Part shown: one piece after another, positions 24,493 through 38,695 of the stretch
Layout of the letters: each line of letters starts with the position of its first letter
Position numbering within the stretch: position 1 is the stretch's first letter
DNA from: Antedon mediterranea
Taxonomy: Eukaryota > Animalia > Echinodermata
Reading direction: 5' to 3'
Length of the DNA: 64,000 nucleotides
NCBI RefSeq assembly: GCF_964355755.1
Contig: NC_092679.1
Location: forward strand, 19,203,432-19,267,431
Position numbers and translations under genes: made by a program
The notes under the pieces: model-generated
The model's input: the letters and a program-made list of their open reading frames with translations, nothing else
What the model was told of the DNA's origin: nothing
Database searches by the model: none

Positions 24493-27400
24493 GCAGAGGT
24501 TGGATATAATTTTTTGTAAACGGATAATGAGCTAGCGTTTTCAGTCGCCGTTTATTATGTACAAATCTTTATTATTGCATTTAAACCACCACATCATCAC
24601 CCTTCCCTCACTGGCATGAGTAGCGTTGTAAAGCCAGTAGAGGATAAGCCTATATACGGTGCATCACATGCCCTAAACGCAGAACAACTTTGGTGGGTAG
24701 GGTAGGAACCAACTTAATTATGAATTGGCTCTAAGAAACAATTGAAAACAATTAGGCCTACTAATTAAGTTGAGTTAGACAATTTAATATTTATTGACGA
24801 TTAAATCGAATTTATGATTTTCCCCGAATAGAGGTGGTTTTCACAAATTGTTTAACATTATATATAAACATACGTCGTAGTGTATCGTTACATGTACTGT
24901 ACTATTTCAATCGACTACGACGGTGATAGTTTCAACAAAGTATTACATCGCAATGTTTTACTGTGTTTAGTGGTACATTATTTGTAAAACATGAAAACAA
25001 TTAATATTTCGTTACAAAATAAAGAATATATTTAAAATTGTTCCTCTTTGCACCCATCCTCTTCCCCATCCCTCAACCATAATGTTACATACAAAACACA
25101 AAATAAGTTTGTTTAAATCTGACTTTTAAAACAATTGGTCTCATTTTGTGACAAGTTTCTCTTTCGGAAGTAATTCCCAGGGTGCTAATTTTAGTTGAGT
25201 ACATAAATCACAGTGTCTATTTATTCGTTCCTGTAAACGACATGTATTATTGTCCTGCATTATTGTACATTTGAAATCGCCAGTTTTTTAACGCTGAAAT
25301 CATTATGTATTCGAAAACGAGCGAAGCGAGCGTACCATCTAGTAATAATAATAAACAACAATCATCATTTTTTGCATATTTGTATTGTAGGGGCCCTCAT
25401 GAGACAAGCTATTGGCCCGAGTTATTATCAAATAACTGAATAAATGAGACAAGCTATTGGCCCGAGTTATTGTCAAATAACTGAATAAATGTGTATGAAT
25501 GAATATTGATTCATGAAAAACAGGATTCGTCGCGTGGTCACTTTGCGGGGTTTTTTTTCGTCGCGCGTCAATTAAAAAATCTCCGCTTACCTGTGTATCT
25601 TTGCCAAAATCGGCCACACCACGAGATAGGATAACGTAGATATGGAAAGGGAAATGTAGGCTAAAAATGGCAGTAAAACATTATATTTTTAGGCAATGTA
25701 TAACTATAAGTAGCAAAAAACAGGCACTTTCCATCAATCAATACAGTGTCCCTTTGGAAGACGAAAAAAAAAATCAGATATAGGCCATTAATCATAGCCA
25801 TTTCAGGTTTTTGATAGGCCATTAATCATAGCCATTTCAGTTTTTTGTTTATTTTAAAACATACCGCAGCGCGTGTGTACAGTAGTTAAATAATAGGAAT
25901 TATACTGCAAATTAATAAAGATCAAATTAAATATACGCCATAAAGAATCAGAATATATTGTGGGGAATAGTATTATAAAATCACATAGAGAGATTTGATG
26001 ATAAGACATTTTTCGCGTGAAATCCCGATAGCTGAGTTTTATTGAGTAAGCTTGCAGGAATAACTGTAGGCTATCTTCCTGTGTCCCGTTAGGACCGAGA
26101 TGTCTGCCCATGTAGCCGTACCATAATGTCTTCTTTCTTGGGCCCACCCTGTCACGGCAGTTAGTTTCAAAAGATGATTAAATTAAATAATGTATTAATA
26201 ATTATTAGGATGGTATTCATTTGAATAAACGCCTCTCTAAAAACATCACTTTGAATAATAACCCCCCACCCAACTATCTAATAAACGTCCATCCACATAT
26301 TTATAACAACACAATTATACGGTACTATTTGTAGTAGAATTCACCGCACTGTTATCTACTATTTACCAAGCATTTGTTATTCTTTTTTAGCACTTTTCAT
26401 ATCTATATTTATTATTAGAGGATTTCATTTGATTATAAATGTTACCATATTATTAAAACTACAAAATTTAACATATATCCCTCGAATAAGCACCTCCCTC
26501 AAATGACCTCCGCCTCCCCAAAGGGCCCTACCAAACAATAAAAACTGTACTTTAAAATGTCATTAATCATCTAAAACACTGTGAAACAAAGTAGTTTAGT
26601 TTTACAAATGTCAAGCATTTTCAATAATGGTAACCGACAGAAAACGTATAAGGAGAACATTATCATTCCGAGAACCATCGTCTACACTTCCTAGAGGGGG
26701 AGCGAGCGAAGCGAGCTCACCACCCTCTAGTAAGTAGCAATTGATGAAAACCGCCGCTGATATGAATAATGCTATAGAAATGTACGCTTTAGCTTAGACA
26801 ATTTACACAGACGAGCGGTAACGGTAAAACGGAAACAAAAATATAGAGTGTTATTTCTTATATTATGACCATTTACAACAACAAAAAGCGGAGCGGTTGA
26901 GTGGAATAGATAACAGATTATACGTGGGACATGCTATACGCTGTTTTCCGCCTACGTCATAAATAAACAAAAAGGAAAATAGCGTCATATCTTGCGTACA
27001 CAAGTAACACAGTCTTTTTAACATTCGTAAAAACCGTATTGTCAAAGACGGCCGATAGATGTGGATTTTGTTTGTTTTTTTGCCTATCTCTACATTCGGG
27101 TAATGTAGATTTCAACGGGGTAGGCCTAATTATCGTTTTCCCTCTTTATCCAAGAGCGACTTAAAAAGGTTTTTATAGCACTGTACTGTACTGTTTATTT
27201 TTACTATTTTTATCATTACTCTTTAAGTTAGTTTGAAATTTCATTCCCAACTCCAGCGCCAATAAGGCGAAATATTTGGAATACATTATATTAAATTTGT
27301 CGCCTATTCTAATATCTTAATTCCATGTATGCATACAAGTACACCGATATGTTTTTCACTGAGGTCCTTGTAACTAAGCCTACGCAGTTTGACACATTGA

Positions 27401-27904
27401 GACAGGTGGTCACTTAGGTAGCATTTGATGACACCAGAAAACAGGTCGATTACTATTCCAAATAGTCATTTGGCACGTTTTACTGCCACTGATCGTAGGC
27501 CTATCGCCACATGATTTAAACGCTCATATCACTGGCTTTGCACAACGTCTGCGCCCACCGCCAAAAACGCGTCGATATCAGGCCCGTCGTCTGCACAACA
27601 AATATCAACAAATCACTGTCGCAGATCATTCAAATACGTCATTGACCAAATGAATTATTGAGTAAAATGTAGTTTAAAACATGTTTAATGCATTTACAAG
27701 GAAATGTATATTTCATTACTGAAAGAAATTTGGCCTATAGCAACATTATGTGGAATATTGCATACAGTAGAGAGTACAAAATAAAAGCAACTGTTTACAC
27801 GTTATTTCTGATTTACGAGTTTTAGTAGAGCAAAAATGTATTAGGCCTATTTTCTAAGTTCTTACGTAATATTCATTCGCCGTTACGGTACCTAAAGAGC
27901 CAAC

Positions 27905-28175
27905 ATCGGCAATGGTTCAAGGCCGCCCGCTCCTAGTTCTGGTGGTGGAACAATCTTCTCGGATAAGGACTATATGAACGGTAGGTCCAGTGTACAGTCC
28001 TGTGTGCACTTAAAAAGAACCCAGTTCGACATCATTCGAGAAGAGTGGAGTTACCCAGGTGAACTGGTTCAAAAAATAGCCCCTGTATCAAAGGGCATCA
28101 CCACCGATCTGATAGGACAGTGATTAATTTACTATTGGTAATCCTTGGCAACATTGCGTAAAGACATAAAATAAA
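27905..28175 (+). mobile_element. SINE (Nin/Deu-domain-like)
   Basis: CTCGGATAAGGACTATA...GTAGGTCCAGTGTAC...GCACTTAAAAAGAACCC...GAGAAGAGT; same family as 11005-11230. Confidence 0.6.
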
Positions 28176-31100
28176 TTTTAAGAAATAAATAGTCAATTTG
28201 TCTCGGATATAATCGTTATTAAAATAAGATCCATAATAGGCCCAACATTAAAATATATTGCAACGACGGTCGCCTATTTGCAATTAAGACTATGTCTATT
28301 TGATAATTAATTAATATTTTAATGGCTAATCGAAAATACTGCGAATAAGCACGGTGTGCCGAAGTTAAAAGACGGTGCCAAAAATATTATCGCCAGAATA
28401 TGATCAAACGAGCGCCACGACGTAATACAAATTTCTAAAGTTGTCTGTCTAGCGCCCTCAGTCAGTATACAACCAACCAATAGCGTTGATGCCGCCAAAA
28501 CTTCTCGTGTCAGTTTTTAAAGAAGTTGATCGATCGATCAAACATAAAGGGCTGTCGTTATAAAAGAAGGCAATATATATATATTAATCTTATTCTCGGA
28601 TATTCATTAAAAGAAGACAAACATTTCATTTTGAACCATCAGTTTGAATTGAAGACAGCGGAGAGGGAATACTAACCGACAACTTAATGTACGGTGAGTT
28701 TTTTTTTTTTTTTTTTTTTTTGCAAGTTCTGAAATATATTCATTTTGGTTTGTGAAACAATATAACGCGGTTTACTGAAAAGCAAAATAAGAATACGTGA
28801 TTAAATAATCAAAGTAGGCTATCATGTAAATATTAGTCAGGTTACAAATTCATTACATTAGAAATAATTATCATTTACTTTCTTTATAGTGTGTTGTTGA
28901 AATAGTGGTTCCTAAATTGTTCACATCTTGTGCACATTTTTCCTCTGATGCTATGAAATTTAATACCAATGTATAGATAGTATAGGCTTAAGTTTAACTA
29001 ATAATTTTATTTTGCCATAGAACCATGGTAATATGGTACGCTGAGTAGTGAAACATTGTACTAACAATTAGCAAGTTTACTTGGAATTCATGCGCAGTAG
29101 TCGCATTGTACGTAAAGCTCTGTGTACACTATCAAATACCTCCATGATCTTTATGTGACAAAAGAATGTTATTGCCCACATCAACATGATGATGTCATAC
29201 CACTACCATATTTGGACATATCAGTACCATATTTGGACATTATCAATACCATATTTGGGCGCATCACACTTTTTTGTCAAACTAGTTTGATAGTGTGGAC
29301 AGGGTTTACTGTATAGTACGAAGTGTCGTTGATAACAGTTTGAAAAAAGACAATGGTTGCGAAATAACAGAGGCGCCAAGCAGCCTACAACCGAGTGAAA
29401 CTCCTTGTCAATTATTTGCTATTCTGTATTAACAGTATTACACAAGTACAGAATACTCTATATTATAAATGAATAGACGTAAAGAATACTACAAATGCTG
29501 AGCCTTTGGCAGTTGAAAGAAACACGCCTACATTGATTTAAATTCCAATGTCGACCCTTATTCTTTTCAGTTATTGTTTACTAATACGCTAGGCCTCATA
29601 AGTCAATGCTACACGTTGTCCCAACGAGGCGCGTAGATTCCTATCACCTTAACCTACTACAGTACCACCATTTTAGTGAGGATTGTCACGCTAGCCTCTT
29701 TCTAACGATTCGGGGAGATCTAGCCTTTGTTTCCCAACACCGTTGGCACTTTATTCGCTTTGATATCGGCGCCACACTTCTCCTACCCGAAGATGTTTAT
29801 TTGCGTGTTCTTGTTTACTCAAACAAACGAATTCAAATAGTAAATATTTCCGCCAACCCAATCCGGGTAAACAATACATGCACACATTTTTTTCCTTATC
29901 AAGATAAGTGAAGAACAATAGCAGGAGATTTAACTCCGATAGCAAATACACATTTTTTAAATAATACAAAAAAATGACATAATTTGTGGCGTCGTTTAGT
30001 TACATATTTTAATATTTTGCATTTCGTGTGTGGTTTATCGGCACAGACAGGAGATGACGATTGACATGTGTCAGTCATCTGGCGCGCCATAGGCCTGTCA
30101 ATAATGCCTATGGGGTTACCAAGGCGACAAACGAACACGCTGCGTGCTTTTGTCAATTTTGTTGCCACCAGACACAATCCTCAATTTCAATTTCTTTAAC
30201 GCCCTCTAACACTTCCGACACAAATTATATGGGCGTTTTTTAAGGGGAGGGGAGGGGTGTCGAAATTATAATTTGTAACGCGTAACCAGGGTTGCGGGAC
30301 TCTTACATCATATAACTATATAACGGCAAATAATTTGATGGCATTGACAAAAACGTCATAAACATTTATTTTACATTTAAGGAAAACAAAAAGCTACGTT
30401 TCGAATGTAAAATTAGTTCTTAATTATTGTTTTAAATATTTATTTTGAGAGTGGGTGGTTTTTTAATGGACGACACTAATAACCCCGCTTCTTTTTAATA
30501 AAAGTAACATAGGTAACATTTTGATGGCCAACGACATAAAAACGGTGCCGGTTCGGCACAAAAATACCAACGGAATTATGTGAAGAAAGATACCTTTGGA
30601 GCCAATGTTATAGTCTGCTAATTTTTCTCTATGGCGCGCCTACGGCAAAATTTGTTTTGTTTCGCCATACTTGACGTTGAACTGATTGGCGCTTGGAGGA
30701 CGTACACGGGCGGGCGTACTTGTGGTAATCACCACGCCGTTGGGCCTAGTTCCATGGGGTTGGGTCACCCGTAGTCAAGGCGTGTGTCTGCATTAATTGA
30801 AAACGTTCTTTAATAATATTTTGCGAGATTCTAAAACGTCAACATTAATTTGGATGGAGTTTACAAATCTACAGTTAATGATGTTACCATAAAATTATGT
30901 TTGTCCTTAAAAATGAAAAACAACTTAATAAATATCAGCAAGTCAAAGGCTGGGTTTAATTAAGAAACAAGTCACTATCGTTAGAGTTGATGTATTGTTA
31001 TTTAATCAAAGTTAACAATACATTCCTTATATGTTAAATTAATGGTAACGGTATTAAATGTAGGCCTACGTACACCAAACGTACGACAAAATTGCTTTAT

Positions 31101-32389
31101 GAGCATGCGGACAATTGTCGAATATTTCAGACGGTGTGATTTGTGACGTCATAAATAGGCGTGGCTTGTTTTATATACCTGCGTTCACACATAACGTGAC
31201 TATTAGTTACATTTCTACCAAGCGCGACATCAAAACCAGGTCAGTGACCCGATATCTATTATTGATACCTGTCACAGTTAATTGTATTGTAACGGATTTG
31301 ACATTTTGTGTCAGAATAGTAGAAACACAAAAACTTACTTTTTCTAATGAGACTGAACTATTTGTTGTTAACACAAAACCTAATCCAGACACGCGTGTAC
31401 GAACACACTTAACGTACGTCGGAGCCAATCTTTTATTTTCATTGGAGTGTATGTATTATCCCAAAACAGTCGTAATATTAATATGGTATTGCTGCTATAC
31501 ACGGATATCCAGCGCTATATGTTCTGCTACTTTTCTTACATGGATCATACGGTATAGCTGGCCGACCGTACCACTGTAAGTAATTATCAGTTTCACACTA
31601 AATTTCGTCTAATTTTGTTATAAGATGATGCCCTACACAGTACCATGAGGAGGTACAGAATGTGTGTGAAGTGGTTGGTCACGTGAGGGTTGGGGTGGTG
31701 ACATGTTTTGGGTAGTAGGCCTATGACTTACTTGCTTAAAAACGGCATTTACACTTGCTGTCCGTTTCACGAAACGAAAGACGTCTTTTTTTTGGGATAT
31801 GAAAAATCAAAATTATATACAAAATTTGATACAAGGTAATTGTATCGCGGTCCTCGGTTGCAAAATGGAGAGAATTTGTAACACTGACCAGAGTGCGATA
31901 ATCATAGAGTGCTATTTCAAAATCCCATATGACCATAATATACAAGACTCTTTTGTGGCAAGATCGTGCCGATTTACATAATAAACCACACTTTCCCTTA
32001 AGCTAACAAAATGTAAAAAATACCACACAATGTTGGTATCCATCGATAACATCCGTTTCTGTAACTTCCGACGACGATCCCCTCATGTGTCCGTATCGTC
32101 TGCTTCCGTTCGTCAGGCACGAATTCACTCGCCCTTTTAGGAGCTGCACGATCATTGCCTCAAATGCTCGCAAGTGTATGCGATATGTAACCGTTTGTCC
32201 GACTCGCCCTTTTGGGAGCTTACCTCAAATGCTCGCAAGTTTGCGATGTAACCGATTTGTCCGATATACCAAAGAGTAAATATTTGTACCAGTTAAAATA
32301 AATTGAATTTTAATGATAAAGTAAACTCAGAGAATTTGGTGCCGGCCGTCGGAAGTTCTTTCGTCCTAAATTGTGAAATTACGTGCGGC

Positions 32390-32749
32390 GGCGGACGAAT
32401 CGGGCGCCAGGTGACTGCGCACATAGTCAGCAGCAGCGGTTGAGGGGCGGCCCGTAATTGGTATCCGTGTGACGTAGCAGTTACTCGATCTATATAGCTA
32501 AGCAGCTATGGTTGGCTGTCAACAGATTGACTTTATAACGCTTCATAGGGAGACCAATTGAAGTATTTAAATAAGTGTTTTTACTTCACTGCTTCAGTTG
32601 TATTCAAGAGGCAAACGGTAGCACCACGCGTAGCCGTGCTACTCATGTCGATATTTGTTGTGTATGGTATTTTATCGGACTCTCATCTATCTTAATTTGT
32701 TTGTGGATTTCATATAATAATGACATTTTAAAGGATTTAAATTTATCTG
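32390..32749 (+). promoter_or_regulatory. Putative gremlin core promoter and non-coding exon 1
   Basis: CpG-rich segment with GC box 32444-32450, ATTGG 32457-32461, TGACGT 32470-32475 and TATATA 32491-32496. Donor CTG|GTAAGT at 32749/32750; acceptor TTTGTTGCAG ends at 34220, 24 nt before the ATG. Confidence 0.6.
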
Positions 32750-34244
32750 GTAAGTTCTGTATTTGATATTTGGAAATTAGTAAGTTCAAAAACATTTAAA
32801 TATGTTTAAAATGTTTAGTGACGTTAATTTACAAATATGTAATACTAAAACTTTTGCTATTTTCTTGTTTTCATCGAGATCAAGTTAAAACATTAATCAA
32901 TAATAGAATAGTTAGATATAAAACTTTAGAGTTTTTAATAGTTTTGTTTTATGAATTTGTTTGTTTTATTCGTCTTTAACTTATCTTCTATTCGTTTCCC
33001 ACGTGCGTAAAAGATAGAAAATAATACTTATTATAGCTGTAGCTAAATGTTTGGTTCCCCAACTTTAAGACGCAGCGCAACGACGTAAGCGCAACGCACG
33101 AGAATCACAAGCAATATATTATTATGGTCGATTGTGATTGGTCAACTCGCTTGCGTTGCGCTTACGTCCTAGCTTATACGATCGCTATACAACTTTTGGT
33201 TAAACCAGCCAATAGAATGTCGATACGTTATCGTTTAGAATAGGATATCGCATGTGACCTAAAGAACTATAATTTGATCTGAAGTCAGGGGCTGAATAGC
33301 GTCGTAAGTCCCCGTAATCCTGTTAATCATTTACGACAAGTATTTATAGGCATACAGATCTAGGCCTAGGCTCATTTGATACCCTAACAAACAAACACAC
33401 ACGGGGCTTACGATTGTGGTTTGACATAATGTACTTTTATCACGGGACTGAAAGGGACGAAGCTTATAATGACAGTATTACACTAATAATACTGTTAATG
33501 TCTTTATGGAGTTGATTCTAACCCGTTCCTTCGTTGAAACGCTTTTCAAAATGTAAATAATATAAAAGAAAGTTTATTTATAAAATACATGGTTATCTTA
33601 TTGTGTTGGAGTACTGCGGAAGTATTAAAGTCACTGTATGTACATTCGAATATTTTACTACCTTTTTTACCACTTGCGGTTACACTAGTTTAAAAATACA
33701 CGCTTAACTAAACATTTAAAACGTATAAACAGTTTGTGTTCTGTTGCCCTGTACTATGTTTTGTCAGTCTGTCTGTAGCAGGTGACACAATGAGGGAGAG
33801 GAGATTACATTTTGCAGTTGAAATGTTTCGTCCTTCCCCACCTTTCTTTCTTTAAAACTTAGGCCTAGGCGATATTGATATAGTACTGTATACTAGGCTT
33901 GTACCATGGGAGTCGTGGGAATATCCGACTTTCAACCAATCATTGCCAATACATCTATTTTCACTAATATATCACGATCAATGTCTGGTTATACTAAAAT
34001 AATTAAGATAACGATAACAATGACAATGATAATGAATATTCGCATAACAATAATGACGTTAGTGATTGTAAACGGTGACGACAAAATAATGAAAAACAAC
34101 GATGACGATGACAATGATTATGCCCAGTATGACAATGATACAGTAATACTGGTGATGACACCATAATTACTATAATGCTTATCATTAGGCCTAACGGGTT
34201 GTTTCTTTATTTTGTTGCAGAGCACGCATAGTATAATAGGAGAA

Positions 34245-34805
34245 ATGAATTTATCAAGTCCACTAATCTACCTAGTGCCAGTCACATTATTACTATTATC
34301 GAGTTTAGCCGATGCAGGCAAAGGAAGGAGAAAGGCCAAGAATGTACTTTCTATGCTAGACGACAGCGAGCCGACCGTTGGGGCGACCGCACCACGGCGC
34401 AACAGAGAAAACAACAGACGCGGTGGCGATCATCGCGGGAAATCACCGGACGAACTTCTAACGCCGTCAAGCGAAGAAGCGATTGAAATTACTGAGAAAC
34501 GATACCTGCGAGGGGACTGGTGCAAAACACAGCCTGTAAAACAACTTATCGAAGAAGAGGGTTGTATTAGTCGAACAATAACCAATAGGTTTTGCTACGG
34601 GCAGTGTAATTCGTTTTATGTTCCTAAAACGGTACGAGACCGGGAACAGAACGCGTTTGTATCGTGCGCCTTTTGTAAACCGTACAAATACGAAATGAAG
34701 ACAGTGACGCTACGTTGTCCTGGTAGGACGCCGAACACTAAACGAAAGAAGATTAAGAAAATTAAGCAATGTCGCTGTATAGCTATTGATGTCCCCATCG
34801 ATTGA
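34245..34805 (+). CDS. GREM: Gremlin (DAN-family BMP antagonist), 186 aa
   Basis: The real ATG is 34245, since the ORF-track start lies upstream of the splice acceptor. Signal peptide, then a nine-Cys DAN cystine knot: TEKRYLRGDWCKTQP..GCISRTITNRFCYGQCNSFYVP..SCAFCKP..VTLRCP..KQCRC. AATAAA at about 35880. Confidence 0.96.
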   Translation: MNLSSPLIYLVPVTLLLLSSLADAGKGRRKAKNVLSMLDDSEPTVGATAPRRNRENNRRGGDHRGKSPDELLTPSSEEAIEITEKRYLRGDWCKTQPVKQLIEEEGCISRTITNRFCYGQCNSFYVPKTVRDREQNAFVSCAFCKPYKYEMKTVTLRCPGRTPNTKRKKIKKIKQCRCIAIDVPID

Positions 34806-37800
34806 TTTCCAGTTATACTTTAACGTTTATTATTTATACATATAAATATCTATTCCAATTTCAACGTATAGATTAGCCCATTCCGATACATTAACCAACA
34901 CACATCTGAAATTATGGATAAAAAAAACTGAAAGATTTTTATTGATATATATATATATATATTGACAGCCGTAGAAATATACAAAACCTTGTCAAATGTT
35001 AGAAAATGTTGTTTTAATGTGTTTTTTAAACAGAATAAGAAAGTTTATCATCTGTTTAGTACCGTATTAAGTAGACCTATTGATTATTGTACACCTTGTA
35101 AGAAAAGATTCGTTCCACTAATAATACGTAGTGATCTTTAGTCTCTAGCATAGAAATAATTCGACTTGCTGTACCCGGTGCGAATCTCGTTAGTTATGCC
35201 GCAACAAGAACACATAGTGTACGCGCGCGTACAAATGCTGATTCTTTACAGTGATAGTATAAACTACAATTCGTTACCATTAGCTCTGGGAATAGAAGGA
35301 GAATAGGGAGGCGTGGTATATGACTGGGGTAATTCCATAGTGATTGTTTTGTGAAATTTCGGAAAGCATGTTATACTGTGTAATATATGACTTTTAGGTC
35401 AAAACATTGCCTTTGTAAATACTGTACCGTAATGTATTTATGATTGCCTTTAAGGCTCTGTTCACACTGTAACCATTAAGGGGTACTCAATGCACGCGCT
35501 AATTTGGGGGCTGTCGCAAATGCGTATCGTAAAAATTGATCCCACCTTATGATATTTGTACGTCACACGCGCTTGCTTACACATAGTGTGAACAGGGCTT
35601 AAGCATACGAACCCCACCTTGTATTTAAATAAAACCTTGTATATCCGAATGCTTTGTAAATAATATACCTGTACATATACAAGATATATAAATGTTGTGT
35701 GTATATATGTATAAAAGTATAGGCCTATTAATATTATTATTGAGGATGTAAGCAGCGTACACATGAATTTACTAGTGTGAACAGTATCTGCATATTTTCT
35801 ATAGTATTATATACACGATATCATTGTTGTTGAGACCAAGCTTTTTATATTTGAATCATGTTCAGTATTATCTGCAAAAAATAAAATTATACGTAACTTT
35901 AACGTGAGTTGTTGTGTTTCCATAGTGATTGTTTTGTGAAATTTCGGAAAGCATGTTATACTGTGTAATATATTTAGGAAATTTATTTATTATTATATAT
36001 TCTTTATTTAATTTTTATTTTATTTTCGAAACCCCACAAACAGCAACAAAAAATTCGCCAATAACAGGAGGGCTAAAATTAGCAATTAGCAGAAGGTGTC
36101 CTGAAACCCATGAAAAGCCAAGATGCTCATTATTAAAAGTAGAAGTAGACTCGGCTTATCGGAAACAAATATTCTAGTTCTAAGAAGACGTTAAAAATAT
36201 GATATAATAAAAAGCTCTCCTTCTACTTCCAAATTCAGCGGGGAGGGGGAGGGATATTTAGGTCCTTATAATACAGGAGATGTGGTAGTGTGACGAAATA
36301 ACGATTCATGAATGACGTCACATGCGATTTCTGGTAACAACGCGTGCAGTGATTTAATTCTCGATAAGGTGCGTTTACACTAACGACTTGATTGATTAAC
36401 GATCGATTGATTGACAATTTAAAACGATTAAGTAGCCAATAGATACGGCGATAACAATTGTCCGGTAGAGTCAACAATATAGAATCATCAAATATGCTAA
36501 CTCTGAGACGTGGTATATAAATTCTTTTAGAATTGTTTGAACTTAAGAAAGATATATTTAGTCAATAGTACTGTAACAATAATATATGAGCAGACTGGAG
36601 CCAAAGTATTTGCATGGCGTTGTTAATAGGGAGCAGTCGACTTATTTTTTACAACCGTGGTCGATCAAATGAAGAATTTCCGAAGCGCTAGTTGGCGATT
36701 CTCATCATCAACACGGCAGCTGGTTTGCTCGCGGTCCTTTGGTCGATCGTCTGGCCGTCTTGGGGCCTAGCTAGCATTGACTTATCACGTCTTTCGTATC
36801 TTTTCATAATTGCAAAACATATGAAAATCTTTTTCATCTAGCGAGCAAATTCAGCTGCTCAGCTTTGGTCCATCGCTTTACATTGGTTCCACTGGCGCCA
36901 GCAAGCTATCGCTGGTATTAGGCACCGTCGGGCCAAGTACACGATCCGCCTGTTTAATCTTTCTGTTTCGGGCAGATGTTGAAATAATCTTTGGCATGAA
37001 GGCCTAACGGTTCAAGATACCCCACTAGTTCAATATCAAGTTGTTTTAACGATGTTTAAGGGCTTAATTCTGGTCTGCTTTGCTCTGCACACTCAAGTAC
37101 ACACCTGTCTCCGTGACAGTGATTAGCATAGCCACCTGTATCGATTTCCGTCAGGTGGTGAAATAACGATTATCGAATAACCAGCAAAGAAACATACGAG
37201 CACTAATTACATTTACTTATAATTTTTTATTAATTATAAGTAACTTTTAATAGGCTTCTAATTAAACGTATTCGCGTCGAGCGCAAAGTCACTGGTGCCA
37301 ATAATGGTCTTATAGCTTGGTTGCCACTTGGACGAAACGTAAGGAAAGTTGACCAATGACAAGCGACAGTTTCAATAAGTCATCGCTTGTGGTAAGTCAA
37401 CTCGGTTGCGTTACGCTTACGTCCTTGCGTTGCGCACTGGTGTGAATCAAGCTTTATTTTTAATTGCGGCGTTATGCGGTTAAAATGGTCTAATGCGTTT
37501 TGTATGCTGTATTCAACTTAAGTGCCATATTATTGGTTCCCACTAGGACGCAGCGCAATGACGTAAGCGCAACCTAAGTAATTTGATCAACCATGACGCG
37601 AGGGATCATCAGAACTGTCACTTGTGATAATTGGTCAACCCACTTGCGTTGCGCGTACGTCATCCCGTTTTGTGTCCACGTGGGAACCAATGTTAAGGAG
37701 CATTCACGACCAAACAGTAATATTGGTCGGTACCGTTGAAGTCTCGTATAAACACTACGTATTACGAGAATAAATACTTTTCTTTAGGCCCCATTTGAAC

Positions 37801-38497
37801 TAATTTTCTTTTTGTTATATAATAAGGTCGCTATACTAACATTGATTTTAGCTTGACAACGGTTCATTGTTTTACAGTGATTTCTGTTTTCGCCAAGTAT
37901 GTACTGTAATGTAATTATCAATAACAAAAAATGTATTTAAAATCGGGCGACTAGAATTTGGTAATCAACAATGACGGGGCCTTTATATTGCCTAACATGT
38001 CAACACTTGAACATGCCATTTAACCCTTTTAGTGTTTACAAGTATCACACTTACGAACTTTGTTTGATAACATCCACTTTGAAAGGAGACGTTTTAGAGC
38101 CGCCGAGGCGCTGTATAGCCAATTATACGACACTCGTGAGATTCACAAGCCGTGAACTTGAGTACGAGCAGGTATTTCCCTATTTGCAAAAGAGGGATGA
38201 ATTTCGACATCAACAGTGCGAGTAGACGGTTTAAGAGTACGCGTGCCATACCCACATGTGCGAATACCAAGAATAGAAAACCAAATACAAATCAATATTC
38301 TAAACAAATAGATGCGGCGCCTTTTAGTACCACATTTGATTATATTACGGATTGGTATGTCATTATTGATTTTTTTTTTCTTATGCTATATTGCTCGGTT
38401 CAATTTTGTAACATAGAATAAGGGAAAAACAATAGGGCCTACATTTTAGAGTTTTAATTATTTGTACTAAACGTGATAGTGGAGAATGAAAGACACA

Positions 38498-38695
38498 ATG
38501 AACGGACGAAGCGACAGATGCGAATGAACCAACTGACGGACGGAAAACGAAAATGAACGAACGGACGGACGAGAACGAACGAACGGACGAGAATGAACGA
38601 AAAAACGTAAATGAACGAACTGACGGACGAGAGAAACGAGAATGAACGAACGGACGAGAACGCACGAACGGATAGACGCGAATGAACGAACGAAA
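38498..38695. repeat. Degenerate tetranucleotide repeat (GAAC/GGAC/GAAT)
   Basis: AACG/GACG/AATG units; accounts for ORFs 38381-38665 and 38454-38759. Confidence 0.8.

Noticed and set aside
31115-31579. 154-aa ORF upstream of gremlin
   Set aside because: Non-ATG start, no recognisable domain or splice structure; probably a chance ORF in regulatory DNA.
34212-34244. ORF-track N-terminal extension of gremlin
   Set aside because: It starts at a TTG inside the splice acceptor; the signal peptide begins at ATG 34245.
36830-37000. Myb/SANT-like fragment on - (KRWTKAEQLNLL)
   Set aside because: Too short, interrupted by stops and frameshifts, with no splice support.
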